64,000 nt of DNA from a virus, in IMG/VR virus record IMGVR_UViG_3300006045_001056, positions 1,912-65,911 of that record. One strand, written 5' to 3'. This document shows positions 39,195-48,935 of the stretch, piece after piece. How positions within the stretch are numbered: the first letter of the stretch is position 1; each line of letters starts with the position of its first letter. Made by a program: the position numbers and the translations under genes. The notes beneath the pieces are model-generated. The model made no database searches and had not been told where the DNA came from. It saw only the letters and a list, made by a program, of their open reading frames with translations.

Positions 39195-40373
39195 ATGTTA
39201 TATCTTTTCAATTCAGGTTATTGGCAAAACCATATCAATAATTTGTTGAATACTCTTCATTTTCCCAAGGGAGTAATCAATGTTTATCAATACAAAACGG
39301 ATGATCCGAGTTATTCCATATCACAAAATGCAATTAACGCTCGTGTCGGAACAAAAGTGCTTATTAATTATATAGATCGACTCAGTTCTCCTGAATTTTG
39401 TTATTACCCAATGCGTTACGGGAAATTAGTTAAATGTGAGAAAAACAATACAAATATATATTTCCATATCGAACTATGCGATTATTGTAATGCACAGGAT
39501 ATAAACGATTTTAATAATAATTTTTCTTCATCCTTTGATAATACTCTTTTCAAAAATAAAGATAACTCTGTAATAATGCCTGTTGAAAACCAACAAACAG
39601 AAGGTTGTTTAGCATTTTGCGAAAATACTTATGATTTGAAGATAATGAATTTATTATCTTCAGACCATAACTCATGGAAAGAAACAGTAGAGCAGTTGTC
39701 TAACTGTGAATTGTTCAAAAATAATTTCCCCATTTTTACAAAAGTAAAGATACTAAATGCCAAGGATAAGGAAGTTTCGATTAAAAGAAAAAACTTGAAA
39801 AACAATTTTATTTTAAGAGTTGGTAATACCTATAATTTTAAAACTACTTATTATTTACCATATATTAATCAAAATATTAAATTTAAAGCTTACATCAATA
39901 CTGCGAGTAATCCCGATGTCTTTCTTAAGAAAGAAGATTCAAAATTATTTGGTGCAGCAACAGGTGACGAAAACTTTTCTTGTAACATTAGCAAAGAAGT
40001 TAAAAATTGTATTGTAGATATTAAATATGAAGCCAAGATCGGCGACGCAAAAGATGATAAAAATACGCAACTTCTAATTGCAAACAAACCAATTCCGATT
40101 ATTACGAAATCAAAATGTTCAAAATGGTGGAAAGTAATATTATTTGCAGTATTATTTGCAATATCTTCATTTATTTTAAGTGTGCAGGTTGATAATATAA
40201 TTGAAGAAGTAAAAATTTTAAATACTGCTGGCGATCCAGTACCAATGCAATTAAATATATTTTATCAAATAGCACGTATACTTGATTCTTTTAAATATAT
40301 TTATCAAGTTATTTTTAGTATAGTGTCGTCATTATCTTTGTTCTTTTTGGTAAAAATATATGGAAAAGATTAA
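39195..40373 (+). CDS. Unknown 392-aa protein with two C-terminal TM helices (AT-rich moron)
   Basis: GGAGG RBS; hydrophobic WWKVILFAVLFAISSFILSV and YIYQVIFSIVSSLSLFFLV. Confidence 0.8.
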   Translation: MLYLFNSGYWQNHINNLLNTLHFPKGVINVYQYKTDDPSYSISQNAINARVGTKVLINYIDRLSSPEFCYYPMRYGKLVKCEKNNTNIYFHIELCDYCNAQDINDFNNNFSSSFDNTLFKNKDNSVIMPVENQQTEGCLAFCENTYDLKIMNLLSSDHNSWKETVEQLSNCELFKNNFPIFTKVKILNAKDKEVSIKRKNLKNNFILRVGNTYNFKTTYYLPYINQNIKFKAYINTASNPDVFLKKEDSKLFGAATGDENFSCNISKEVKNCIVDIKYEAKIGDAKDDKNTQLLIANKPIPIITKSKCSKWWKVILFAVLFAISSFILSVQVDNIIEEVKILNTAGDPVPMQLNIFYQIARILDSFKYIYQVIFSIVSSLSLFFLVKIYGKD

Positions 40374-41064
40374 CGATGGAATTGTGTCCATTAATAAAAC
40401 GGAAGCTGAAGTTTTCTATAAAAAGTATGAGCATTTAGGGAATTGTGGATTAGGTGTTTGGCATTATGGATATTATGTGGATGGTGTATTACTATCTGTT
40501 GTATCTTTCGGAACAGCAAATTTCAATCCCAAGCGTTCTTTCATTGGGAAAATAGCCGCCGCTCATAATGTGAAAATAATACAACTTACGCGCGGGGGAA
40601 CTTTATACGATGCTCCAAGCAATACTCCAAGCAAAGTAATAGCACTCGTGTTAAAGGCTATAATGAAGCGATTTGGAAATACAATTATTATTGCTTATTC
40701 AGACACGAAATTTTATGAAGTCGGAACAATATATCAAGCATCAAATTTCTTATATCTTGGATGCACCAATCCTAAAAATCAATCGAATTATATAGTGAAT
40801 GGAAAACAATACACGGGGTGGACAATAAGAAAAAAATACGGAACAAGAAATATGTCTACCCTTGTTAATGAATTGGAATTAAATATAAAAAAAATAACTT
40901 TGTCAGAAAAACATCAATATGTATATATTAATACTTCACCGCTTATTAAAAAAAGTATAAAAAATTGTCTTAATTATAAAATTAAAGCATATCCCAAAAG
41001 GGATGTGTTACAAATAGGTAGTATGTTAGATTACCACAAAAGTATTGGGCTGCGTAAAAATTGA
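40360..41064 (+). CDS. Mom-like GNAT-fold DNA modification protein
   Basis: LTRGG...APSNTPSK...IIAYSD...GTIYQASNFLYLG resembles the Mu Mom family signature; overlaps the upstream gene by 14 nt. Confidence 0.7.
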   Translation: MEKINDGIVSINKTEAEVFYKKYEHLGNCGLGVWHYGYYVDGVLLSVVSFGTANFNPKRSFIGKIAAAHNVKIIQLTRGGTLYDAPSNTPSKVIALVLKAIMKRFGNTIIIAYSDTKFYEVGTIYQASNFLYLGCTNPKNQSNYIVNGKQYTGWTIRKKYGTRNMSTLVNELELNIKKITLSEKHQYVYINTSPLIKKSIKNCLNYKIKAYPKRDVLQIGSMLDYHKSIGLRKN

Positions 41065-41102
41065 ATATTATAAAAGCACTTTTTCAAAATTAAAATATTA
41101 TT

Positions 41103-41131
41103 AAAAGCATCGTTTTCGACGGTGCTTTTTT
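41103..41131 (+). terminator. Terminator ending the terL-portal moron
   Basis: AAAAGCATCGT-tttcg-ACGGTGCTTTTTT. Confidence 0.8.
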
Positions 41132-41160
41132 CATATCCATTTTACGGAGGAAACGCAACT

Positions 41161-42399
41161 ATGAGCATATTTTCAGGGCTTTTCCGTTCCCGCGACAAAC
41201 CCAAAAACAAAGTCGGCGGCGGATTTTCATTCTTCTTCGGCGGCACATCGTCCGGAAAGGCGGTCAACGAGCGCACAGCCATGCAGACCACGGCGGTGTA
41301 CGCCTGTGTCCGAATACTCGCTGAATCCATCGCGGGACTGCCACTTCACATATATAAATACAAGAGCGACGGCGGCAACGAAAAAGCTGTCAGTCACCCG
41401 CTATATCATACGCTCCATGACGAGCCGAATCCGGAGATGACTTCGTTTGTGTTCAGGGAAACACTGATGAGCCATCTTCTTTTGTGGGGTAACGCATATG
41501 CACAAATCATCCGCGACGGGCGAGGTAAAGTATTATCGCTTTTTCCCCTGCTGCCGAATATGGTGGAAGTTGACCGCTCCGCGAACGGGGAGATATTTTA
41601 TACATACAAGCGCGGAGCAGACGAAAACGAAAAAGTCACATTGCGCCGCGACGAAGTGCTACACATACCCGGACTCGGTTTCGACGGACTTGTCGGCTAT
41701 TCACCGATAGCCATGGCAAAAAACGCCGTCGGTATGGCTATTGCCACCGAGGAGTACGGCGCGTCATTTTTCGCCAACGGCGCGAATCCGGGCGGCGTAC
41801 TGGAACATCCAAATGTAGTCAAAGACATACAGCGCGTTAAAGATTCGTGGAATACCGCATACCAAGGCAGTAAAAACGCTCACCGCGTCGCAATCCTTGA
41901 AGAGGGCATGAAATTCCATCAAATCGGTATTCCACCCGAACAGGCGCAGTTCTTGGAAACGCGGAAGTTTCAAATCAATGAAATCGCCCGTATCTTTCGA
42001 GTTCCACCGCACATGGTCGGCGACCTCGAAAAATCGAGTTTCAGCAACATAGAACAGCAGTCGCTGGAATTTGTTAAATATACGCTCGACCCGTGGGTAG
42101 TGCGGTGGGAACAGGCTCTACAGCAATCACTTATGCTACCCTCGGAAAAAGGCGCGTATTTTGTGCGGTTCAACCTTGACGGACTGCTGCGCGGCGATTA
42201 CGCCAGCCGAATGACTGGTTATTCCACCGCCCGTCAGAACGGCTGGATGAGCGCGAACGACATAAGGGAGTTAGAGAACATGAACCGTATTCCGGCAGAG
42301 GAAGGCGGCGACTTATATCTCGTAAACGGCAATATGCTGCCGCTTAAGGACGCGGGGGCTTTTGCGAATAAAAATCAGAAGGAGGAAGATACAATATGA
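41161..42399 (+). CDS. HK97-family portal protein
   Basis: AVYACVRILAE, LLWGNAY, GLVGYSPI, FRVPPHMVGDL, SNIEQQSL. Confidence 0.96.
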   Translation: MSIFSGLFRSRDKPKNKVGGGFSFFFGGTSSGKAVNERTAMQTTAVYACVRILAESIAGLPLHIYKYKSDGGNEKAVSHPLYHTLHDEPNPEMTSFVFRETLMSHLLLWGNAYAQIIRDGRGKVLSLFPLLPNMVEVDRSANGEIFYTYKRGADENEKVTLRRDEVLHIPGLGFDGLVGYSPIAMAKNAVGMAIATEEYGASFFANGANPGGVLEHPNVVKDIQRVKDSWNTAYQGSKNAHRVAILEEGMKFHQIGIPPEQAQFLETRKFQINEIARIFRVPPHMVGDLEKSSFSNIEQQSLEFVKYTLDPWVVRWEQALQQSLMLPSEKGAYFVRFNLDGLLRGDYASRMTGYSTARQNGWMSANDIRELENMNRIPAEEGGDLYLVNGNMLPLKDAGAFANKNQKEEDTI

Positions 42400-43097
42400 A
42401 AAAATTCTGGAATTGGGTACATAACGAAAACGATGAACGCACCCTATATTTAGACGGCGTGATATCGGAAGAAACATGGTGGGGCGATGAGGTCACTCCA
42501 AAAATGTTCAAAGATGAATTGCTCTCCGGCTCCGGCAACATCACCGTATGGATAAACTCACCCGGCGGAGATGTGTTCGCGGCGGCGCAAATATATAATA
42601 TGCTGATGGACTACGCCGGACAAGTCACTGTAAAAATCGATGGTCTTGCGGCAAGTGCCGCTTCGGTCATCGCCATGGCTGGTGGTGAAGTATATATGTC
42701 GCCGGTGAGCATGATGATGATACATAATCCGGCAACCATCGCTTGGGGTGATTCGGAGGAGATGCGCCGCGCTAAAGATATGCTGGATGAGGTCAAGGAG
42801 AGCATTATTAACGCTTACGAATTGAAAACCAGTATGTCGCGCACAAAACTCGCCCGTATGATGGACGACGAGTCGTGGATGAACGCCCGTAAAGCGGTGG
42901 AGTTAGGCTTCGCTGACAAAATCATGTTCACAGAGGAGGAAATCGAACCGCAGGACAACAATCAAGGCTTCATATTCAGCCGTATGGCTGTGACAAATTC
43001 GTTAATCAGTAAATTTCCAAAACCCAAAGAAACCGAAAAACCCGCAGGCACACCGATTGAGTCGCTTGATAAGCGGCTTTCTTTAATTTCGCATTAA
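42396..43097 (+). CDS. ClpP-type head maturation protease
   Basis: INSPGGDVF, LAASAASVI, MMIHNP, GFAD. Confidence 0.93.
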   Translation: MKKFWNWVHNENDERTLYLDGVISEETWWGDEVTPKMFKDELLSGSGNITVWINSPGGDVFAAAQIYNMLMDYAGQVTVKIDGLAASAASVIAMAGGEVYMSPVSMMMIHNPATIAWGDSEEMRRAKDMLDEVKESIINAYELKTSMSRTKLARMMDDESWMNARKAVELGFADKIMFTEEEIEPQDNNQGFIFSRMAVTNSLISKFPKPKETEKPAGTPIESLDKRLSLISH

Positions 43098-43135
43098 ATT
43101 AAAAATATATATAAAAATTTTGGAGGATATATAAA

Positions 43136-44326
43136 ATGATAAAAATACTTGAACTGCGCGAAAAACGCGCAAAAGCATGGGATACGGCAAAAGCATTCCT
43201 TGACAGCAAACGCAGCGACGATGGGATTTTATCCGCAGAAGATACCGCAACATACGAGAAAATGGAGTCCGAAGTCGTGGCTCTCGGCAAGGAAATCGAC
43301 CGCTTGGAGCGTCAGGCTACAATCGACGCCGAACTCTCCAAGCCTACCAGTAATCCCATCACCAACAAACCCACTACCGGTGACGGAGAGGAAAAGACCG
43401 GCAGGGCGACCGCCGAATACAAAAAGGCGTTCTGGAACGCCATGCGTACAAAAACGCCCCATTCCGAAGTGTTAAATTCTCTCAGTATCGGAACTGACAG
43501 CGACGGCGGTTATCTTGTCCCTGACGAATTCGAGCGAATCCTTGTAGCGGCTCTGGAAGACGAGAATATTCTTCGTACCCTCGCCCATGTCATCACATCA
43601 TCGTCCGGCGAAAAGAAAATCCCCGTCGTGGCAAGCAACGGTACGGCAAGCTGGGTTGACGAGGGCGACGCTATCCCCGAATCGGACGATACTTTCGGTC
43701 AGGTCAACCTCGGCGCGCACAAATTGGCTACAATGCTCAAAATTTCAGAGGAACTCTTGAACGACAGCGCGTTCAATTTGGAACAATACGCCGCGAAAGA
43801 GTTCGGGCGCAGAATCGGCAGAGCCGAAGAAGAAGCGTTCATTGGCGGCGACGGCACAGGTAAACCTACCGGATTCCTGAACTCAGCGCAGCTTGGCATC
43901 ACCACCGCAGGCGCGAATATATCGCTGGACGAGATGATTGACTTATATCACAGTCTGCGTGAACCCTACCGCCGTAAAGCCGTGTTCATCGTAAACGACT
44001 TGACGGTCAAGGCTATCCGCAAGTTGAAAGATACCACAGGGCAGTACCTGTGGCAGCCGTCTTTGATTGCGAACACACCCGATACCATCTTAGGCAGACC
44101 TGTGAAAACAAGCAGTTTCATGCCTGTAATCGAAGCGGCAAAAAAAGTCGTCGCGTTCGGCGATTTTTCGTATTATTGGATTGCCGACCGTCAGGGCAGG
44201 GCGTTCAAACGTCTCAATGAATTGTACGCCGCCAACGGTCAGGTAGGTTTCCTCGGCTCGTAGCGCGTGGACGGCAAACTGATTCTGCCGGAAGCGGTCA
44301 AAATTTTACAGATGAAATCTGCGTAA
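43136..44326 (+). CDS. HK97-fold major capsid protein with an in-frame TAG at 44261-44263
   Basis: DGGYLVPDEF, FGDFSYY; after the TAG the frame continues RVDGKLILPEAVKILQMKSA to TAA at 44324-44326. Confidence 0.93.
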
Positions 44327-44346
44327 TGAAGGGAGGTACGGCGGTA

Positions 44347-44667
44347 ATGGCTGTTACGGTTAAAATGAAGTCCCTGCTTCAAAAAGTCAAGGCTAACCTC
44401 ATATTACAGCATGACGAAGACGATGAATTGCTTCTCGGTTATATTACCGCCGCCGTTGATTACGCCGAAACCTATCAAAAACACAAATACGGTCGTAAAA
44501 AGCTGCCGCCTACCACCGAGCAAGCCGTGATAATGCTGTCGAGTCATTTCTACGAGAGCAGGGACGGTTCGACGGCGGGCTTTTTCACCGATTATGCCAG
44601 CGCGGTAGCGAATGTATGGCAAACAGTCAACCGGCTTTTGGCTATGGAGAAGAGGTGGGAAGTGTGA
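44347..44667 (+). CDS. Head-tail connector (gp6-like)
   Basis: VKANLILQHDEDD...AVIMLSSHFYESRD; GGAGGT RBS. Confidence 0.88.
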   Translation: MAVTVKMKSLLQKVKANLILQHDEDDELLLGYITAAVDYAETYQKHKYGRKKLPPTTEQAVIMLSSHFYESRDGSTAGFFTDYASAVANVWQTVNRLLAMEKRWEV

Positions 44668-44999
44668 GCCTCGGCAAAATGAACACTTTTATTGACATCG
44701 TTTCAACCGCTCCGACCAAGGACACAGAAGGTTTCGTTACCAACGGCGACAATATCCTCGCTTCAGTTCGCGCATATATGGAGGAACGGCGCGGCAACGA
44801 GAAATGGGCGAATATGGCGGCGTTTTCAACGGCGACCGCTCTGTTCCGTTTCCGTAAGATACCGGGATTGACTATTGATACCTCGCTATATATTATTTGT
44901 TCTAATGAGCGTTACCGTATTATGAGTGTCGAGGACGTTCGCGGGCGTGGGTTGTACGTTGAGGTTTTTACTGAGAAAGTTATTCCATCGAAGAAATAA
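44664..44999 (+). CDS. Head-tail adaptor/closure protein
   Basis: MSLGKMNTFI...FRFRKIP...YVEV; synteny. Confidence 0.82.
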   Translation: MSLGKMNTFIDIVSTAPTKDTEGFVTNGDNILASVRAYMEERRGNEKWANMAAFSTATALFRFRKIPGLTIDTSLYIICSNERYRIMSVEDVRGRGLYVEVFTEKVIPSKK

Positions 45000-45002
45000 A
45001 GG

Positions 45003-45031
45003 TTGACAATACGGCGGTTATATGGTAAAAT
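45003..45031 (+). promoter_or_regulatory. sigma-A promoter of the VOC moron
   Basis: TTGACA-17 nt-TAAAAT with TG upstream of -10. Confidence 0.8.
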
Positions 45032-45127
45032 TGGCATAAAGAAAAAGTGCGACTGGTATTTTTATTTTCTTCGCTGTCGTTGCTCTGTGTATCAGCGCGG
45101 AAAGTTTATATTATCGGAGGTTGCATT

Positions 45128-45487
45128 ATGAGTCAATTAACTGTGCAAATTTTTTCATCAGATTTACTCGAAACATTTGAACATTATAGAAAAGCATTTA
45201 ACGCTACTCAAATTTCTCTTGCGCGGGGTTCTGAAAATGAACCAATCCATCTTGTAATGGATATATTGGAAAATCATATAGCTATCGCGCCACTTGCACC
45301 TCATGAAATAACAAAAGGCAATGTAACTGTTATCTGCTTAGGCTTTCAAGATAAAGATACATTGATGACGGCTTACAATGTATTAAAAGAAGGCGGACAG
45401 TCAGATGGGTTAAAAGAATTGCCGTGGAGTCCATTACAAGGTTATGTAACCGATAAATATGGTGTTGTTTGGTGTATCGGATTATAA
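45128..45487 (+). CDS. VOC/glyoxalase (PhnB-like) protein, moron
   Basis: C-terminal PWSPLQGYVTDKYGVVWCI; GGAGG RBS. Confidence 0.82.
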   Translation: MSQLTVQIFSSDLLETFEHYRKAFNATQISLARGSENEPIHLVMDILENHIAIAPLAPHEITKGNVTVICLGFQDKDTLMTAYNVLKEGGQSDGLKELPWSPLQGYVTDKYGVVWCIGL

Positions 45488-45629
45488 GCACTTCCGACGC
45501 AACGTCGTAAAAAACACAACACCGTAATAACATATATTATCAACTAAAAAATAAAACAACATACCGAAACGCTCCCGATTATATCGGGGGCGTTCTTTAT
45601 ACACAAAACAATGAAGGGACGGTACGCTG

Positions 45630-46061
45630 ATGGCAGCTATACAGATAAAAATGCCGGACGATTTCCTGATACAAATCTCGCGGCTCGCTGACAAGACCGA
45701 CGAAATTGTACCAAAGGTGCTGGAAGCGGGCGGCGAGGTTGTACTGGCGAAAATCAAAAGCAATCTCCAGTCGGTTATCGGCAAAAACACAAAAGTACAG
45801 TCCCGTTCCACGGGAGAACTGGTACGTTCTATCGGTATGACAAAGGCTCGTATGGACAGGAACGGCAATTGGGACATAAAGATTGGCTTCGCAGAGCCGA
45901 GGGACGGCGGCAATTCCAACGCGAAAATCGCCAACATACTCGAATACGGCAGGCACGGACAACCGGCGAAACCGTTTCTGAAACCGGCAAAATCCGCGTC
46001 GAAACAACCGTGTATTGACGCTATGAAAGCGAAACTGACGGAGGAGATTAATAAAAAATGA
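45630..46061 (+). CDS. HK97 gp10-like tail-completion protein
   Basis: ILEYGRHGQPAKPFLKPA. Confidence 0.88.
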   Translation: MAAIQIKMPDDFLIQISRLADKTDEIVPKVLEAGGEVVLAKIKSNLQSVIGKNTKVQSRSTGELVRSIGMTKARMDRNGNWDIKIGFAEPRDGGNSNAKIANILEYGRHGQPAKPFLKPAKSASKQPCIDAMKAKLTEEINKK

Positions 46062-46411
46062 GTATATTAAAAGAACTGAACGCAATATTGGACACGGTCG
46101 GCATCTCTGTGGAGACAGGCGTGTTCTCCGGCAAAGCCCCGGACGAGTACGCGGTCATAACTCCGATGGGTGATAATTTCGGCGGTTACGCCGATAACGC
46201 GCCGCAGTATGAAATACAGGAAGCGCGTATATCGCTGTATTCCAAAGACAACTATCAGAAACGCAAAAACCAAATCGTGAAGTCACTCCTCGCCGCGGGT
46301 ATAACGGTGACAGACCGCCGTTACATCGGTCACGAGGACGATACAGGCTACCACCACTACGCCGTTGACGCGGCAAAAGAATATTTTTTATCGGAAGGAG
46401 ACGAAGTATAA
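46058..46411 (+). CDS. Tail terminator-like protein
   Basis: Synteny; GHEDDTGYHH motif. Confidence 0.7.
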   Translation: MSILKELNAILDTVGISVETGVFSGKAPDEYAVITPMGDNFGGYADNAPQYEIQEARISLYSKDNYQKRKNQIVKSLLAAGITVTDRRYIGHEDDTGYHHYAVDAAKEYFLSEGDEV

Positions 46412-46993
46412 ATGGCACAAATTGGATTGAAATATCTCATATGCGCGCCCGTCACCGAAACAAATAATGATGTTTCCTACTCGGATGGGTTGGTGATGTC
46501 ATACGCAATCAAAACAGATTTATCAATCGAGATAAATGATGTCAAACTCTACGGCGACGACAGGATTGTTGAGGCGATTAAGGAGTTTAAGTCGGGAAAA
46601 CTGACGCTCAACGGAGATCATTTGGAGTATGAAGTTTTATCGCTTATCTTGGGACATAAAGTCGAAACTATCAATCCCGGTAACGGCAAAAAAATGACGG
46701 CAAAAGGCGATGACGACGGCAAGCCCGTGGGCGTCGGGTTTTATTCCACTACGGTCAAGGACGGCAAGCGCAGGTTCAGGGCTATATGGCTCCGCAAAGT
46801 AAAGTTCGGAGTCCCGAACGAGTCGCTCGAAACGAAGGGCGATAGTATCAATTTCCAAACACCAAGTCTGGAAGGCACGATACAGACGGACATTTTGGGA
46901 CTGTGGAAAGAGGAAACCACATTTGAAAAAGAATCCGACGCCAAAGCGTGGCTTAACGAGCAGGCGGATATTGACGATGGGGGTAACGGATAA
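46412..46993 (+). CDS. Major tail protein (phi13-like)
   Basis: AQIGLKY...LYGDD...ETKGDSINFQTP. Confidence 0.88.
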   Translation: MAQIGLKYLICAPVTETNNDVSYSDGLVMSYAIKTDLSIEINDVKLYGDDRIVEAIKEFKSGKLTLNGDHLEYEVLSLILGHKVETINPGNGKKMTAKGDDDGKPVGVGFYSTTVKDGKRRFRAIWLRKVKFGVPNESLETKGDSINFQTPSLEGTIQTDILGLWKEETTFEKESDAKAWLNEQADIDDGGNG

Positions 46994-47570
46994 TGAACGA
47001 TAACGACAGAACCGCCGCCATATCCATCGGCGGCACGGACTACGAACTGGTGCTGACCACGAAAGCTACAAAAGAGATAGCAAAAAAATACGGCGGATTG
47101 TCCGACCTCGGCGATAAGCTGATGAAGCCCGAAAACTTTGAACTTGCCCTCGATGAAATTGTATGGCTGATTACGCTGTTGGCTAACCAGAGCATTTTGA
47201 TTCACAATCTGAAAAACAAGGACTCCCCGAAACCGCTCCTGACCGACGACGAGGTTGAACTTCTGACTTCGCCGCTGGAACTGGCGGCGTATAAGGACGC
47301 AATCGTAGAGGCGATGTTCAAAGGCACGAAACGTAATATAGAGAGCGAGGAAGATTCAAAAAACGTGATAGCCGGGTAATAAGCGATGAAGAGTTGTTTA
47401 CCCGGCTATTATATTACGGAACGGTACATTTGAACCGTTCCGAAGAGGCGACATGGCTGACGCCGCTCGGACTGCTGCTGGATTTGTGGGAGTGCCACAG
47501 GCAGTTTTTGGGCATCGCGAAACCGGACAGGGAGTGCGACATTGACGATGTAATTCCTGAGGGAATATGA
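46993..47570 (+). CDS. Tail assembly chaperone pair (G at 46993-47379; GT via -1 frameshift to 47570)
   Basis: Slippery A-AAA-AAC at 47358-47364; the -1 frame stays open (DEELFTRLLYYG...DDVIPEGI) to TGA 47568-47570. Confidence 0.85.
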
Positions 47571-47573
47571 AAA

Positions 47574-48827
47574 TTAAATCATCCATGCAGGAACAAACCA
47601 ATTCTTTCTGTCCACCGGCAGTAAATCATTAGCCATGCAAACCACAGTACCATTGCCTATTTCTATTTTGTACTGCTCAAGTTCGCCGAAGCGTTCCGGT
47701 TCGGTCACAGGGTTAAGAGCTTTAAAATTCTTTACCGATTCGGTGCCGGGAGACGCCGCTTTTTTTATTTCGATTGGATATAATGTGCCACTCTCGTAAA
47801 TCAAAATGTCGATTTCACGTTTTTCCTTGTCGCGGTAATAGTACAGCGGCGGTTCTTTTCCCGCGTTGATGTAACTCTTGTATATCTCGGAGAACACCCA
47901 ACTTTCAAAGAAGGCGCCGGACATAGCGCCGCGTTCCAGTATCTCGGCGTTTCCCCACTTCAAAAGATAAGCGCAAAGCCCCGTGTCCAAAAAGTGCATC
48001 AACGGCATTTTCGTGGCGCGTTTCAACACGTTATTGTGATAAGGTCGTACTAAGGCGACAAGCCCCGACGATACCAAAATCGACAGCCAGCTTTTGGCTG
48101 TGGGAGGACTGATTCCCGCGTCCTTGGCTATTTCCTCATACACGATAGGTTTTGCGGTACGCGCCGCGACAATTATCATGAAGTTATGAAATGCCGTCTC
48201 ATCGGCGACTTGGGATAAGTCTTTTATGTCCCTTTGCAGATAAGTGTTCATATAGGAACGGTAAAAATCGTCTAAATCGGGAATATCCTCAGTATAAAGC
48301 GCGGGGAAAGCGCCGCGGAATATTCTTTCATATATCTCGTTTATTCCCATCTTTTTCACTGTGTTTAATCTTGACATCAGGCGTTCGGGGGATGTTGTAA
48401 ACGGTTCGGACTGTATGCCGGCGATTTCGCTTGCCGAAAGCCCAAGCAAGTTGACTATACCAACCCGTCCCGCAAGGGATTCGCTGACGTTCTTCATCAT
48501 GTGGAACGCCTGCGAACCGGTCAGCCAGAAATCACCTTTTTTGCCTGAAGTGTCAACGCTCATCTTGACATAAGGCAGAATGCCGGGGGCGTATTGGATT
48601 TCGTCGATTAATACCGGCGGCGGGAAACGCTGCATAAACAAAGCAGGGTCGCTCCTCGCCATATGGCGGATATCCGGGTCGTCAAGCGTTACATACTTAC
48701 GCGAGTTATCCGCGAGCCGCTTAAGCAACGTGGTTTTCCCGACTTGGCGCGGTCCCGTGACTAACAGCGCGGGAAATGTCTTTGATATTTTCAGGATTGA
48801 ATTTTCAATAGCTCGGTTGATATACAT
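47574..48827 (-). CDS. AAA+ ATPase with DUF4143-type C-terminus, moron
   Basis: GPRQVGKTT, IDEIQ, LTGS, EIDIL...PIEIK; own TTGACA-17-TATAAT promoter at 48867-48895 (minus strand). Confidence 0.9.
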   Translation of the reverse strand: MYINRAIENSILKISKTFPALLVTGPRQVGKTTLLKRLADNSRKYVTLDDPDIRHMARSDPALFMQRFPPPVLIDEIQYAPGILPYVKMSVDTSGKKGDFWLTGSQAFHMMKNVSESLAGRVGIVNLLGLSASEIAGIQSEPFTTSPERLMSRLNTVKKMGINEIYERIFRGAFPALYTEDIPDLDDFYRSYMNTYLQRDIKDLSQVADETAFHNFMIIVAARTAKPIVYEEIAKDAGISPPTAKSWLSILVSSGLVALVRPYHNNVLKRATKMPLMHFLDTGLCAYLLKWGNAEILERGAMSGAFFESWVFSEIYKSYINAGKEPPLYYYRDKEKREIDILIYESGTLYPIEIKKAASPGTESVKNFKALNPVTEPERFGELEQYKIEIGNGTVVCMANDLLPVDRKNWFVPAWMI

Positions 48828-48935
48828 GGCGCACCTCTTTTTTTGACTATTCTAAAACATAACTTTATTATAGTCAATTTTTCGAGTTTTGTCAAGTCAA
48901 TCAGGCAATTTTTTTTAGAAGGGAACGGATGTTTT

